Assembly: GCA_964016885.1 (NCBI GenBank)
Contig: OZ024740.1
Coordinates: 329,592,001 to 329,656,000 of the forward strand
Reading direction: 5' to 3'
Length of the DNA stretch: 64,000 nucleotides
Source: Eledone cirrhosa
Taxonomy: Eukaryota
Part shown: positions 15,598 through 29,253 of the stretch, one piece after another
Layout: each line of letters starts with the position of its first letter
Position numbering within the stretch: position 1 is the first letter of the stretch
Notes under the pieces: model-generated
What the model saw: only the letters and a program-made list of their open reading frames with translations
What the model was told of the DNA's origin: nothing
The model's database searches: none
Position numbers and translations under genes: made by a program

Positions 15598-17482
15598 GAC
15601 AAGAGGACTTGTGAAAGAAACGTAATATCTTATCATTATTCAATCAAATTTAACCGCTTATAATTTGAATTACCAACCGAAAATTATATGGAAAATTTAT
15701 GGGTTAAAGAATATTTAAATTCAAGCGCGCATTCTGGGTATTAATTGTAAGCAAAGCGTGAAATGCATTTGTTCAATATACGACATTAATCCTGGCTAAA
15801 TAAATTAAAGAAATACTTAAAATATAATATTAAACTGATCTGTATACTAATTTTGATGAATTCATGAATTCGTTTCGCTTTATTTTGAGTACGTTTGATG
15901 CGTCATACTTTTTTTGCCTTTAAAATATATCAAAATAAATATGTCCAAAATTCCTGTGAATCAGGATTCTTGTTACTACTTCATAATTAAATTTCTAGTT
16001 AAAAAGTTCGATTAAACGATAATGTGAATTAAGTTATATGTAATTACAGAGAATTTACGAAAAAGGCTTTTTATGACGAATAATAATATTACACCACAAT
16101 TCAAAATTTAGGAGGAATTATATAGTAATACGAATTTGTTTTATAGAATTAACACTTTATCAGCTGTTAATTAAATTGAAAATATTAAAGAAATGTTCAT
16201 GAATTATCGAGAATCTTGCATTTGGTTTCATGTTAGATTGGATAAAGAACTTTACAAGATAACTTGCCAGGATGGCTGTTAGTTGTATGAAAGTAATTTA
16301 AAGAAAAACCTCAAATACCAAGAACTACACAGTAGGCTGGTGAATAGTTACAATTTGTATTATACTTATGTATTATCTTTTAAAGTTAAAATGATTGGTT
16401 CATAGTAATAAATTTCATCTCATTATTTAACATCATATTTCTCAAATTATAAATACGAGTATTTAACGTTTCAAGTCGAAAAATGTATTTAATATCTCTC
16501 TGGTACTTTGAAAAAGGATAAGTAATAACAGACATCTGACCACAAAACATACATTTTCCATTGTATTAATCATCGAGGGCGTGAAAAATCTATTGGATGT
16601 TTTCCTCTTCCTCATGATATATCAAATGTTATTACCTAAATAATTGGTAGGCAGGAAGACAGTGAAGTTAAACTATAGAAATTTCAATTATAATTCGCGT
16701 CAATTGTCAAGAATATATCAGTCCTTTCTTTAAAACAATTGACATTCATTTTGCACATATTGGAGAAATGTCCACCTGAAATCAGAAACAAGGGAATTAT
16801 TTTGGTTATGCAGCAGTACGTTAAATGAATTATTTCAGATATCCTAAAGCGTATTTTCATTTTAAGTTTTAAGTGCGTAATTTCTTTATCATTTCAATAT
16901 GAATACAAAAGTTTCAGTTTTTCAGTTATTGTTTATGACTAATTTAAAGACTAATTTATGTGAAACATGAAAGAGTCTGGGATAAGGAGCACAAGAATAT
17001 TGCAATAATATTACACATATTATCAAGCATGGTAAAATGGACTAAACCTTTATAAATGAATCAAATGAAACAACATATATTCACATCTAAATGGAGTGAT
17101 AGGTATCTCAGATTTAGCAGGGTATATACGATATTTAGAAACATCAAATGTAATTATAATTCTCAATCGCTAAATGTGATGTAGAATATGAAAATATGTT
17201 TCGTTGGCTAGACTGTTAAAACTTTGATTCTCTCTTCCTTTGCGAATCAGCTGAAATAAGAGTAATAATTTTTTGTTTGTTTTTTTTACAGTTACCATAC
17301 ATCAGAAAGAACCAATATATACTGTATATTATAACATAAATTCAATTTATACTCGCTACACATAATGAATAGTGTTTCAAACAAAAGAATTTCAGAATAC
17401 AAATTAGAACTTAGAACCAAAATGCCAGCTACTCTGCAAAATTTGTAAAACAATTTCCGATCATCTAAATGAATGTTCGGCA

Positions 17483-17633
17483 CAGAGTCGGACGCTATGC
17501 TTTGCAGCATAGAGTTACTGCTCTCTACGGTCTGAGTTCAAATCTCGCCGAGGTTAACTTTGTCTTTCATCATTACGATCATCATCTAATGCACTGGGGT
17601 AATTGCTGGCCTTGCATCACAAGTAGAAACAAT
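17483..17633 (+). mobile_element. SINE, decayed partial copy
   Basis: tctgagttcaaatctcgccgaggttaactttg...ggccttg...agtagaaacaatt. Confidence 0.75.
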
Positions 17634-18555
17634 TATATATTATGCATTGCATAGCATGTGCACCACGGCATTTTATATTATGTCTATTCATTTACCTTAA
17701 CAAACCCGAGAGGTACAAAATAGTATACAAGAGATACACAGCTAAAACCCACAACAGCACCGGCTGCTAAACAGATTTTTATAAGAAACTATAAATACAT
17801 TCTAACGTTCGTTACTCAGGCTTGGAGTAAACAAAAATGGACGGATAATTGTCATCAATCATTCATCATTGGAAATCGTACAGGAACATTAATTGGTAGT
17901 AGATTGAATCCCTCGCCCGCCGAGCTAGTAGGTAGTTTAGCGGAGCCCACTCTATTGCAAGCATTTATTTAGGTCTGCAATTATAAAGATACATCTCCCT
18001 CTTCCATCGACGTTACGGACTGTAAGGGCTGATGAGCATCGCACATGTTTCTGATTAGCGATACTAATATATCTCTCAACAAAGTGCAGATTTCTACATC
18101 TAATTTGCATATGGTGAGCGATATATTTGAGAACGCAGTGTAGAAAGGAAATTTTTATTTGAGAAATAATTGCTCCGAAAAAAAAAGATATTTGATAACG
18201 GTGAAATGCCTTTAAAACTGGGATATGATCGAGAGAATTATGACAATTTAGAGACTACAATGACATATGAAATAAAGAAAACGTGATGCATGCGTTGCTT
18301 CAAATATTTTTCATATTGTATTATCGATGCAACAAACCTGGAATTTTATTTATCTTTTATTCACTATAACTATGAAATTCTGCAAAGGAATGCGTGATGA
18401 ATTCCAAAAGAATTATCTTTAAATACTAATTACAGTTAACTATTTTAGGAAGATACGTAAATATATTTCCCATTGGAATATACTGATACAAATGTGAATA
18501 GATTTAGAGGAAATTCTGATAAATATATACACATACATATATACACACACACACA

Positions 18556-18638
<83 letters not shown>

Positions 18639-18663
18639 GTGTGTGTGTGTATATTTATATATA

Positions 18664-18724
<61 letters not shown>

Positions 18725-19646
18725 ATAAATATATATACACACATATATATATATATTTATTTATAATACTCTACCATGGATATACAAATTATGTGATAAA
18801 AAAGATAATTTTCCAAATGTCATCCCAAAAAGCTTTTATTATAAATCATCTGTTTGTGTATGCACGCATTATCTAAAGTTGCTTTTCTGTGCATCTATAT
18901 ATACAATTTCCTATGCATGTCTACACATCTATGCAATATTGATATACACACAACACACGCAAAGACACATTCACACATACACACGCATGTATGGAAACGT
19001 ACACGTATATACAAAATAAAGGAGGTAATAAAAATACAAACTTATCTTCTCTATATAAAACAAATCACATTTCTTTTAAACTATCGATATTTTGATCTCA
19101 GGGATTAACTGTTTGGAATGGAAGCTTGATGGAGTTCACCATGTGGTGTGATAGATGAAACAAAAATAATAATCTTCGATTATGGAAATATGTTCCTAAG
19201 TTAAACCGTTTTTAGTAGACATCGCCCTGTATATCATTCTGTAGCTTACTGGAATATTTCATCAGTACCAGTCAGATTTGGGAAAATAAATTCAAAACTG
19301 TTTTGTTGTGAAAATTCGTTACATTTTCATTGTTATAGTATTTGTGATATTATATGTTTTCACAATATGAGTGGTATAAATGTAATTTAAATATATGTCA
19401 CCGTAGGAATGCGATTTAAAAATGTGGAATACGTATTTATTCACACAGACAGATATACGCACACACATGCACACACATATACACACACTCACACACAAAC
19501 CCACACACACGTACACACACAAATATATATAAATATATATTCACACATATATATATATAATTATATATATATATATATGTTATGGAATACTGTTAGCTTC
19601 TCGCTACAACAATTTCTATACTTTTCATTTATATATATATTGATAC

Positions 19647-19681
<35 letters not shown>

Positions 19682-19907
19682 GAGATATCCACGGTAAGTT
19701 GTGGGGTCTAGTCTGCACGAAGAGCTCAATGTAATCCACATGTTGAAAATGTTATAGGTTAAAATAAATCCCGGAAAACAATAAAACATTAAAAAGAAAA
19801 CAGATTCATTATATAAGTTAAAACAATGAAATAAAAATTCAAGTCATTAGAAATATACTTCACTGATTTACGATCGTTTCTAGGTGATGATAATACATTG
19901 TAACCAT

Positions 19908-19992
19908 ACTACTAATTTTGAATAAAATTCTCATTGCTTTTGACAACAGCTGGTGTCAAAAGCAATGAGAAATTTATTCAAAATTAGTAGTA
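19908..19992. repeat. ~85-bp hairpin within a probable decayed PLE 3' end (~19680-20300)
   Basis: actactaattttgaataaaattctcattgcttttgaca / tgtcaaaagcaatgagaaatttattcaaaattagtagt. Confidence 0.85.
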
Positions 19993-21164
19993 AATTGAGT
20001 TCTATGACCTTATGTGGAGGTAGCTGAAGAACAAACCAATCAGATTGTTTTTTTTCCCCCATATGATGATAAGATGAAAAATAACTCACTTTAGTTTAGG
20101 TCATGACCCTTTGAAAGGAATGGTTGAATGGTGTTAACGATAGAATTGCTATAAAGAATCTATGAGGAAAAAGGGGATTATCATATTGATAGTTGAATGT
20201 ACATGGTATAGTGAAGTTTAACAAGAATGTAAAAATTAAATGTTGAGTTGTGTTGTATGTAGTTTTTAGATGAATATAAATTATGGTCATCACCAGGAAA
20301 GATTGTATATTAAAAGATGAAAATTATAATAAGATAATGAAATATAGTAATGCAATAATGTAATTTAATGTAACACAATATAGTACGTTGTGGTACATTG
20401 TACATAGTATAATACAGCGTATGATACGTCTTAAAATACTTTCAAGCATGTCCATGTATAAATAATTAAACTCAGATAAATACATGTTGACATATAGTCA
20501 AAACGCATAAATTTAATAGATCACAAAGTGAATATACCCACATTATAGATAGAGGTATAGTTATATTGATACTAAATTAAAAACATACATAAGCATAAAT
20601 AGATGTAAACATATAGATAAATCTACATATGTGCACACAATCATATATATATATATATATATATAAAAACACATATACACACCTATACACACACATATAT
20701 ATATGTACATACACTTATACACTTATACACACACATACACTTATACACTTATACACACATATACATATATACACATACATATACATATATATATATTCTC
20801 ATATCATACATACATAGATACAGATTTACTCATGCAATTACGGGTGGTTGTGTACCTTGTTGCCCTTAGTCATTAACACATAAATCTAAGGAAGCTAAAA
20901 AATTAAAAGGTAAGAATTATTTCTTACCTTTTAATACGCATGAATGCGTATAATTAGGGGATACTAACAAATGTTACGTTACATAGAATTTTAGTGAGTT
21001 ACTATTTAGAATATTTAATTAGGTTTATAGTATTTAAATGTTTTTCGTATACGGTGGTTACAAACTATAATCAGTTCCTGTCTTTTATTCAATAAATCGT
21101 CCTTAGATTTAGTAATTTCCAAGATCTCCCATGAACATATCCTGCATTCTCTCTAATCCGTACT

Positions 21165-21280
21165 TGATTGGTACTATAATCTGTTGACGCCTCAAGGATG
21201 AAGGCAAAATTGACCAAAGTGGGATTTGAATTAAGAATGGTAATTTATCCATCCAAATCTCTAAAATTCTGCCAATCCCA
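21165..21280 (-). mobile_element. Highly decayed SINE copy
   Basis: ggtact...aaggatgaaggcaaaattgacc...gggatttgaa...ttctgccaat resembles the reverse of the SINE consensus. Confidence 0.5.
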
Positions 21281-22819
21281 GACCATGAAGACATGAACAG
21301 GTGTTCAGTGGAACACGCCTTCAATTCTACGTTAGCATATTTTCTTTACATTAATACATCTACATTTGGAGATGGTACTTCAAGTGAAGACTCTATGATT
21401 TCATAGAATGCATTCACCTCAGTCTTACTAGGCTGTAATCCTTTACCAACAGACTCCAGGATCTGGTTCACTGACGTGCGGTCTCTTAGTTCTGTAATTA
21501 TTAATAAGATTACATTTGATTATTTCCCTCGTCGCTGGTCTGCACACTGGCGGAACCACCTCACACGGTGCCTCTCTCAAAATTGACACATGCTGTATCT
21601 ACTATATTCAACATATTACAAACTAAACATTCTCTAACCTTCGTTGTTATAATCACATTGACTTGGAATACAATCCCTGCACAACATGTTTTTAATGATG
21701 TCGTAGAGTTGCACATGTTCAAATTAAATGACAGCTGCATCAATAACGTCAATAATAAAGGCCTACAAAAAGATACTAGCGCAATCTCTTCTTCCAGATG
21801 AATGACAAGAAAAAAAGAAAGAAAGAAAATAAATAAAATAAAAGAAACGTCATTCATAACTTCACATTTAAATCTGAAATTTTTCTTAGATTATACAATT
21901 TTTCATATTTATTAATGTTATACTGATTTTAAATAGTGTAGTAACTGTATTATCATAAATATCACTCACAATTTATAACATTTGCCATTCTAACCAATTT
22001 ATTCATAACATGTTATTGAGACGAATAAAGAAATATTTAAAATGTATACATCAGCCAGAAAGATGGATTTTCGGATAAATATTCACGATAATGCATGTAA
22101 TTCACTGATCCGCGAACGATGATGCAATTAGATTTAAGTCCCCATCGTTATATGTTTTATTCCAAATATAATTTGTTAATTCGTGACGAAGTATATGTGT
22201 AATCAACGTAAATGTAAAGGTCCGATATGGACGTTCAGCATTCCTTTATTCATAAAGCTGTGATACATATTTCAATGGAGATCATATTTAGGGATACTTC
22301 GATCTTGTAACAAGTAACAGCACAGTCTGACTGCATATTATGCAATAAGGTTATGTTTCAATGCAATACAAACTAAATACGAGCGAACGGACCTATATTA
22401 TGCTTCAACTATATAGGTTCACTCCCTTGTCTTTAGGATGTATTTCATTATAAATAACGTTATTGTATAATATGATGATGTAGCTATACTGGTTACGTGA
22501 TCGAAGCATTACGTAACAATGATTGCTATTGAAATGTGTATCATAACTTTTTGAATAAAGGGATTTCTAGCATCTACATCGTATCTTCACTGATGAACTG
22601 ATATATATATACATACATATCATTTCCTCAGAGGAATAACAACACAACCAGGAGCTGTACATATCAATGCATTGACGGAGTAAAACACATTTCAACAACA
22701 TGTGCAGCTGTCTTTCCCACACCAATTCGGACTGCCTGAACAGGTCACCGAAATATATATTAGCAGTATATCTATAATTTATAATAGACGAAGCCAAATT
22801 TTACATATTTGACTTAATC

Positions 22820-22926
<107 letters not shown>

Positions 22927-23011
22927 GGAATAGAATGAAACGAAATTTCATTTCTCACTCTTAGCACGGCACTTACTTAAATATAAGTATGTATGTATGT
23001 ACATACATACT

Positions 23012-23101
<90 letters not shown>

Positions 23102-23174
23102 TTTATCAGTGAAGATACGATGTAGATCCTAGAATTCCCTTTAATCAAAAAGCTGTGATACATATTTCAATTAC

Positions 23175-26100
23175 AACAAATACAACAACAACAACAACAA
23201 AAGAGGGAACTGCAACCCTATCCAAAGGTGTATCTAGAAATCCAATCAAAAACTGCTCCCTGAACAAGAAAACATTTCTTTTTTAGCCATGAACCTGGCA
23301 AAGCAGATACAGAAAAATATTTTAGCCATCACCCATCATCATCCTTGCTGTCACTAACACAGAATCTCAAAAGAAGCCCCCTGCAACAGTCAAAACCAGT
23401 CACTACACTAACCTCCACATTTTTACTCAATACACAAGGTCAGCCCATCCATCAATGCACAGAAATGGAAGATCCAATTCATTGAGGTTTGGGTTGGTAA
23501 CCATCCTTTTCACATCCACTTCTTCATTCTTACTGAGACCCACCTTGACAACTCCCACTTGGAGGCCGAAGTAAGTGTGAGGAATTTCACAACCATCCGC
23601 GCGGATCGTGTTGGCAGGAGGATGGGTGGAACTGCCATTTTCCTGCATGATTCTTTTACAGCAGATGGTAACATAACATTCTCCAATGACTACTGTGAAT
23701 CAGTCACTGTGTACAACAAAGTCAATGACCTGATATTATATTGGCTCTATAGGCCGCCACATACACCCATAATATCCTCCAAAGATAGTCTCAATAGCAT
23801 TAAATGCTTTATTAAACAGTTCCATTCTAGCAACATACTTTTGATGGGAGACTTTAATCTACCCTGTGTCAATTGGTCTATAAGCTGTTTGAAACCAGGC
23901 ACCCCAACCTCAATCACGGACAACGAAGCAGTCGAGTCACTTCTTGACTATATGAATGAGTTTTTCTTGTCCCAAATTGCCCTTTCACCAACAAGGCATC
24001 AAAAGAATATTCTGGATCTAGTGTTTAGTAACCACACTAAAACCATAAATAATATTACAGTGGAAAAACCCTTCTCTCAGACCACGACATGGTTCTTTGT
24101 AACATGAGATTCCACCGGCCGAAAGCTAATGATAGGGACCTCTTTCCAGCCCACACATTTGATAACATGGATATCTACAATGTCAACTGGGATGCAATTA
24201 GGAACGAATTATCACATGTTGACTGGTCTTTTACACACGCAGACATTTCCACCAACATAAAAACATCTTGGCAGATCTTTGTAGATACTATCACAAATAT
24301 ATGTACAAAACACACCCCACCAAAACCTGTGAACAAAATTAAGTGCAGTATCCTCCAAACCATAAAATTAACACACTAAAATACTACCAACAGCAACACA
24401 CAAATTCGACGGCTATCGCCCTGCTTGAATAAAAAAAATATAACCCCCAACAATGCATGAAGACCATCAACAATAACCAGAGAACAGCTAAAGAGAGGTG
24501 GGCCATTGAGAAAATCAAATTCAACCCCAAAGTGTTCTTTTCATTTGCTAAAAAAACACAAGGTCACTGTCTCCACTGTTGGCCTTCTAGTTGATGAAAA
24601 TGGCACGCTCCAAGATAATGCCAAAACCATGGGCGATATACTGCAGAAACAATACTGCTCTGTTTTCAGCAATCCTGATATGGCCGATTTGGGCTGAATC
24701 AGTGATGTTACTATATCGGACATAAGGTTTGGCACCCCAGATGTCTTAGGGCAATAAACGAAATTAAACACAATTCAGCAGTGGGCCCCGACACCTTCCC
24801 TGCTTGTGTCCTGAAGGTGTGTCGACACTAACTTGCATCTCCTCTTGCTAATCTGTGGAGGAACTCACTGGATACTGGCCATATTCCTGAAAAGTTTCAG
24901 TCCCAGTCCGTTGTGCAAGTCTTCAAAAAGGAAAATAAGTCCCTTGCAGTGAACTACTGTCCGATCTCATTCACCTCTTATATTATCAAGGTATTTGAGA
25001 GGGTGGTAAGATCACGAATAACCCACTTTCTTGAAAACAACGGCCTGCTGAACTCCAACCAACATGGGTTCCGTAATGGAAGGGTCTGCCTAACGCGGCT
25101 CCTGCATCACTTTGACGATGTTTTGAGTGCCGTGGGAGGGGGCTACAACACTGATGTCATCTACCTTGATTTCAGCAAGGCCTTCGACAGGGCTGATCAT
25201 AATATTCTACTGAAAAAACTATCTAATATTGGCGTCTCTGGAAAGTTACTATAGTGGATCAAATGTTTCCTGACAGACAAAACACAACATGTTGTAGTCG
25301 AAGGAGTAATATCAAGCCCTGCCAAAGTCAGCAGTGGGCCCACTCCTTTTCATAATATACATTAATGATATTACTGACATGATCAAGCACAGCAACATAA
25401 GAATCTTCGCAGATGATTCCAAGCTCCAAAGGGTCATCAATGATGTGGGTGACCGGACTTGCAATCAATCAGATCTACTGGCTGTTATCCAATGGACAGA
25501 AAAGAACAATATGCTGTTGAATGAGGATAAGTTTGAACTAATCCACTTTGGAAAAAATGATACCCTGAAACTACCATACTCTCTTACTTCGGGTGAAAGT
25601 CTAGTGGCATCCAACAACATCAGAGACCTGGGGATAATTGTGGACAATAACATAAGCTGGGCCACTCATATAAAAAGCAAAGTTGACATGGCCCGCAGAA
25701 TGTATTCCTGGATTCTCAGAACCTTCCAGTTGAGAAATATCCACACAGTTATCCTTCTCTTTCTCCACTTTTGGACGACCCCACCTTGAATACTGTTGTC
25801 CACTGTGGTCTCCCCACACGAAACAAAGTATCATGAAAGTTGAAGCACCCCAAAGATCGATTACAAAAAAAGATAGATGGCATGACAGGCATTGACTATT
25901 GGAGTCGATTAGAAAACTCAACCTTTATTCTCTCCAACGTCGCTGTGAGCGCTACATTATCTGCATGATGAGGAACATCTTCCATCAGCTTTGCCCAAAT
26001 GATGTTGGCATCACCTTTAATGTACTCCCAAGGCTTGGGCCCCGTGCTATCCGCCGACGACAAATATCTCACTCGCATCTCAAGACAACAATACGTCACA

Positions 26101-26357
26101 ATTATTTCACCTCAATTGGTCTTGCTCACTTTAACATTACACCAACACACATCAAACCAGAAACAGACCCCATCAAGTTCAAGAAGTCTTTGGACAAATT
26201 ACTTCAACAAATCCCGGATAAGCCTCCTAGACCGGGCTATGCTCCGTAAACAATAACTCTTTGCTGGAGTGTGCCATGGCACACAAAACCTGATTTGTAA
26301 GACTTCGCATGGTGGTACTATTAAGTTAGACATGGCATGGGCCAATACTGGCCGAAT
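23175..26357 (+). mobile_element. CR1-type LINE, ORF2 pseudogene (APE + RT)
   Basis: APE motifs (RADR..GG, LYRPP, LMGDFNLP, ILDLVF); RT motifs (QHGFR, YLDFSKAFD, GPLLFIIYIND, FADDSK, RDLGI); C-terminal YSLQRR; many stops and frameshifts. Confidence 0.9.
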
Positions 26358-27086
26358 CTCTCTCTATATATATATATTTCGTTCTTACTGCTTCCTCTTT
26401 CTCTGTATCTTTACCCTCTCTAACAGTCACTCTCTCTGTTAGCCTCATCCTCATCCTTCACTCACTCACTTTCTGTTACTACCTCTCCTCCTCCTCCTTC
26501 TTCCCGTTTGACCTGTGGGTAATTCTTTTCTTTCGCACGCTTGGTCAGGCTGGTTCGCCTTTTTACTCTCTCTCGTCTACGATTTCACAGAACTTATGTT
26601 TACCGATTTCACAGACTAGATTCCTTCTTCCTCCCGTTAGACCTGTACGGAATTCCTTCCTTGCTCACATTCCAACCAGGTTTGATGGTCTTTATTCTCT
26701 CTCGTTCACGATTTCACCGAAATTATATTCATGGAAATTTGGGACTTGACTCGTTCTTCATCACTTTTCGTTGCTTCACCATCTTTGTTTGTTTACACTC
26801 TCGTGTCCCCTTTATTTACGTGTCACAACGACTTTTTTTAGCCATTGCTCGCACCAACCGGAGGTATATGGTCTTTAAAGCGATGAAATACCAATGATGG
26901 CTGGAAGATCACTGATGAAGGACTAACTTTATTCATATATATATATATATATATGTAAAAGTTCTAATTAAATTGTTGGGATACAACAAGCAAATATTTT
27001 CATGACTGATATAAAGCACTCAACAACTATTTGGAGTAAAAATACGATATTAACAAATGGAAAATATATTTATAAAAACATAGTTA

Positions 27087-27147
27087 TGTCATTATACATA
27101 TTTCAAGGACACCAAGTTAAATTACGGTGTGCTTTCATCAGATAAAA
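27087..27147 (-). ncRNA. Hammerhead ribozyme (H1, left arm)
   Basis: Inverted copy of 27296-27358 with CTGATGA/GAAA intact. Confidence 0.75.
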
Positions 27148-27295
27148 TATAATACAGATCAGTTTTATAAATAAATATTGACATACCCTTAAAGATGTTC
27201 AACCATAGTTGTTGGAAGCTCCCTAGCTGCCAACAGCAACGGTTGCATTATTTAAGGGAATGTCAATATTTATTTATAAAACTGATCTATATTAA

Positions 27296-27358
27296 ATTTT
27301 ATCTGATGAAAGCACACCATAATTTAACTTGGTGTCCTTGAAATATGTATAATGAAAT
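27296..27358 (+). ncRNA. Hammerhead ribozyme (H1, right arm)
   Basis: attttat-CTGATGA-AAGcACACCA..TGGTGTcCTT-GAAA-TATGTATA|atgaaat. Confidence 0.8.
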
Positions 27359-27398
27359 AAATATGGTTTTATAAATATAGTTTCCATTTGTTAATATC

Positions 27399-27468
<70 letters not shown>

Positions 27469-27495
27469 TTATATATATATATATATATATATACA

Positions 27496-27604
<109 letters not shown>

Positions 27605-27748
27605 ACCAGATATTCTTATATATATAAATATATATAGATATGTATATATATATATATAAGAGAAAGTATGACCACGACGGCAGAGCTCAACCCGTTTCGA
27701 CGGCTATATATATGTATGTATAACAGATATTCTTATATATACATAGAC

Positions 27749-27844
<96 letters not shown>

Positions 27845-27937
27845 CGGCGATGAATTAGTTTAGCGAGGTTTTTTATATGAAATCGTGTGTCGAAACAAAT
27901 ATTGTTATACTTGGGGAGGGTCATATTTGTGTAATAT

Positions 27938-28114
27938 TTGTTTCTACTTTTGGCACAAGGCCAGCAATTATTCCAGTGCATTACTGGTACTTTATTTTAT
28001 CGACCCCGTAAGGATGAAAGGCAAAGTTAACCTCGGCGGGATTTGAACTCAGATCATAAAGGGAGGTAACTCTATGCTTCAAAGCATGGCGTCCGACCCT
28101 TACCGATACTGCCA
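27938..28114 (-). mobile_element. SINE with target-site duplication inside the inverted PLE arm
   Basis: Flanked by duplicated atttgtgtaatatt (~27925 and ~28115); absent from the right arm at ~31200. Confidence 0.9.
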
Positions 28115-28301
28115 ATTTGTGTAATATTGCCAGAATTAATAACAGAACACACTCACTGTTTGGTTGGTTTTCGCTTCTCGCTGTCTTTTATATCTGCGAT
28201 CTAACTTAATCGGTCCTCAATGTTGCCATTGACTGACCGACGGTCAAAAATAATACAGATACAATATAGACACAAACACATATATATAGTTTACATAATT
28301 T

Positions 28302-28344
28302 ACATAAATCTTTCGTTGCACATCTGCAACATCGTCAGTCGTGT
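28302..28344 (-). ncRNA. Hammerhead-like motif (inverted copy of 30976-31018)
   Basis: Identical reverse complement of the plus-strand copy. Confidence 0.55.
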
Positions 28345-29253
28345 TATATTTTTTTTTCCTCCTGTTGTGTTGTATGTCTACGCCATCTTTTATTCAGTCT
28401 GTCTATATATTTATTTATTTATTTGCTTGTTTGTTTATTTTATTTTGTCTTCTTTGCGCATGCGTTTGCGTGTGTGTATAGTGTTACGTTTGCTGTGTGA
28501 CTAGTGTGTATAGTGTTGTGTCTGCTGGGGGACTAGTGTGTGTTTATGTGCTTGTTGTTATTGTGCTTGTGTATGTATTTATTTATCTTATTTTATTTTA
28601 TTTTATTTACTTCTTTATACTTCTCTTAGGTCAGTGTTGTTTGTTTGGGTGTTGTTGTTGTTCCACTCATTCTTTCTGTTTAGCTTTGGTCTGGAAGTTG
28701 TTGGCAGTGCTTCTGCTTGGCTTTAGGATGACATCCTAAAGCCAAGCAGACGCACTGCCAACAACTTCCAGGCGTCTAACAATGGCATGCCACCATTGTA
28801 TGGGCTCCGCAAAGACCACAAGACAGTCGACGACCCGACAACAGAACCACCAACAAGACCCGTATGCGGAGCTAATATAGCTAGCAACTACAGGATCTCC
28901 TACTTCCTCTCGATGGTTATACGCCCCATAATCAAGATGTCCCCAGATGCCTGTGAAAGTACGGAGGACCTCCTCAGCAGAATCAGTGAGTGCAACAAAA
29001 ACAGGAGCCTATCCAACTGCATAATAGGCAGCATGGATGTGGTGTCACTGTACCCATCCATTAACATTGATTTTGCTGCGAAAAGATGTGTGGAGATGAT
29101 CATCGAGAGTGAGGTGGAGTTCTGCGACGTCGACACAGACGAACTGGGCCTCCTACTTAGACTTACCTACGACACTGACTACCTAGACAGCATGACCTTA
29201 GATGTTTCTGCCCTAGTAGACCTATATGAGGTAGACCCCCCACCATAACCTCA

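Larger units (their letters stand above)
26955..27400. mobile_element. Fold-back twin-hammerhead mini-element (family H1)
   Basis: Arms ~27042-27193 / 27251-27400; tail 26955-27041; (TA)n both sides; homologous to 54979-55464, 60516-60950 and the ends of 32143-34935. Confidence 0.9.

Noticed and set aside
17270-17460. Strong splice-acceptor-like site at 17291 suggesting a host exon
   Set aside because: All three frames hit stops within ~75 nt and no donor is evident; cannot be supported without RNA data.
18025-18080. CTGANGA followed by a stem (also 26912, 35317, 39671, 51901)
   Set aside because: GAAA and/or stem I missing; possibly decayed ribozymes but unsupported.
27870-27905. Antisense hammerhead-like text (tgaaatcgtgtgtcgaaac...gtta), also at 37623
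   Set aside because: No CTGANGA core and no convincing stem II.
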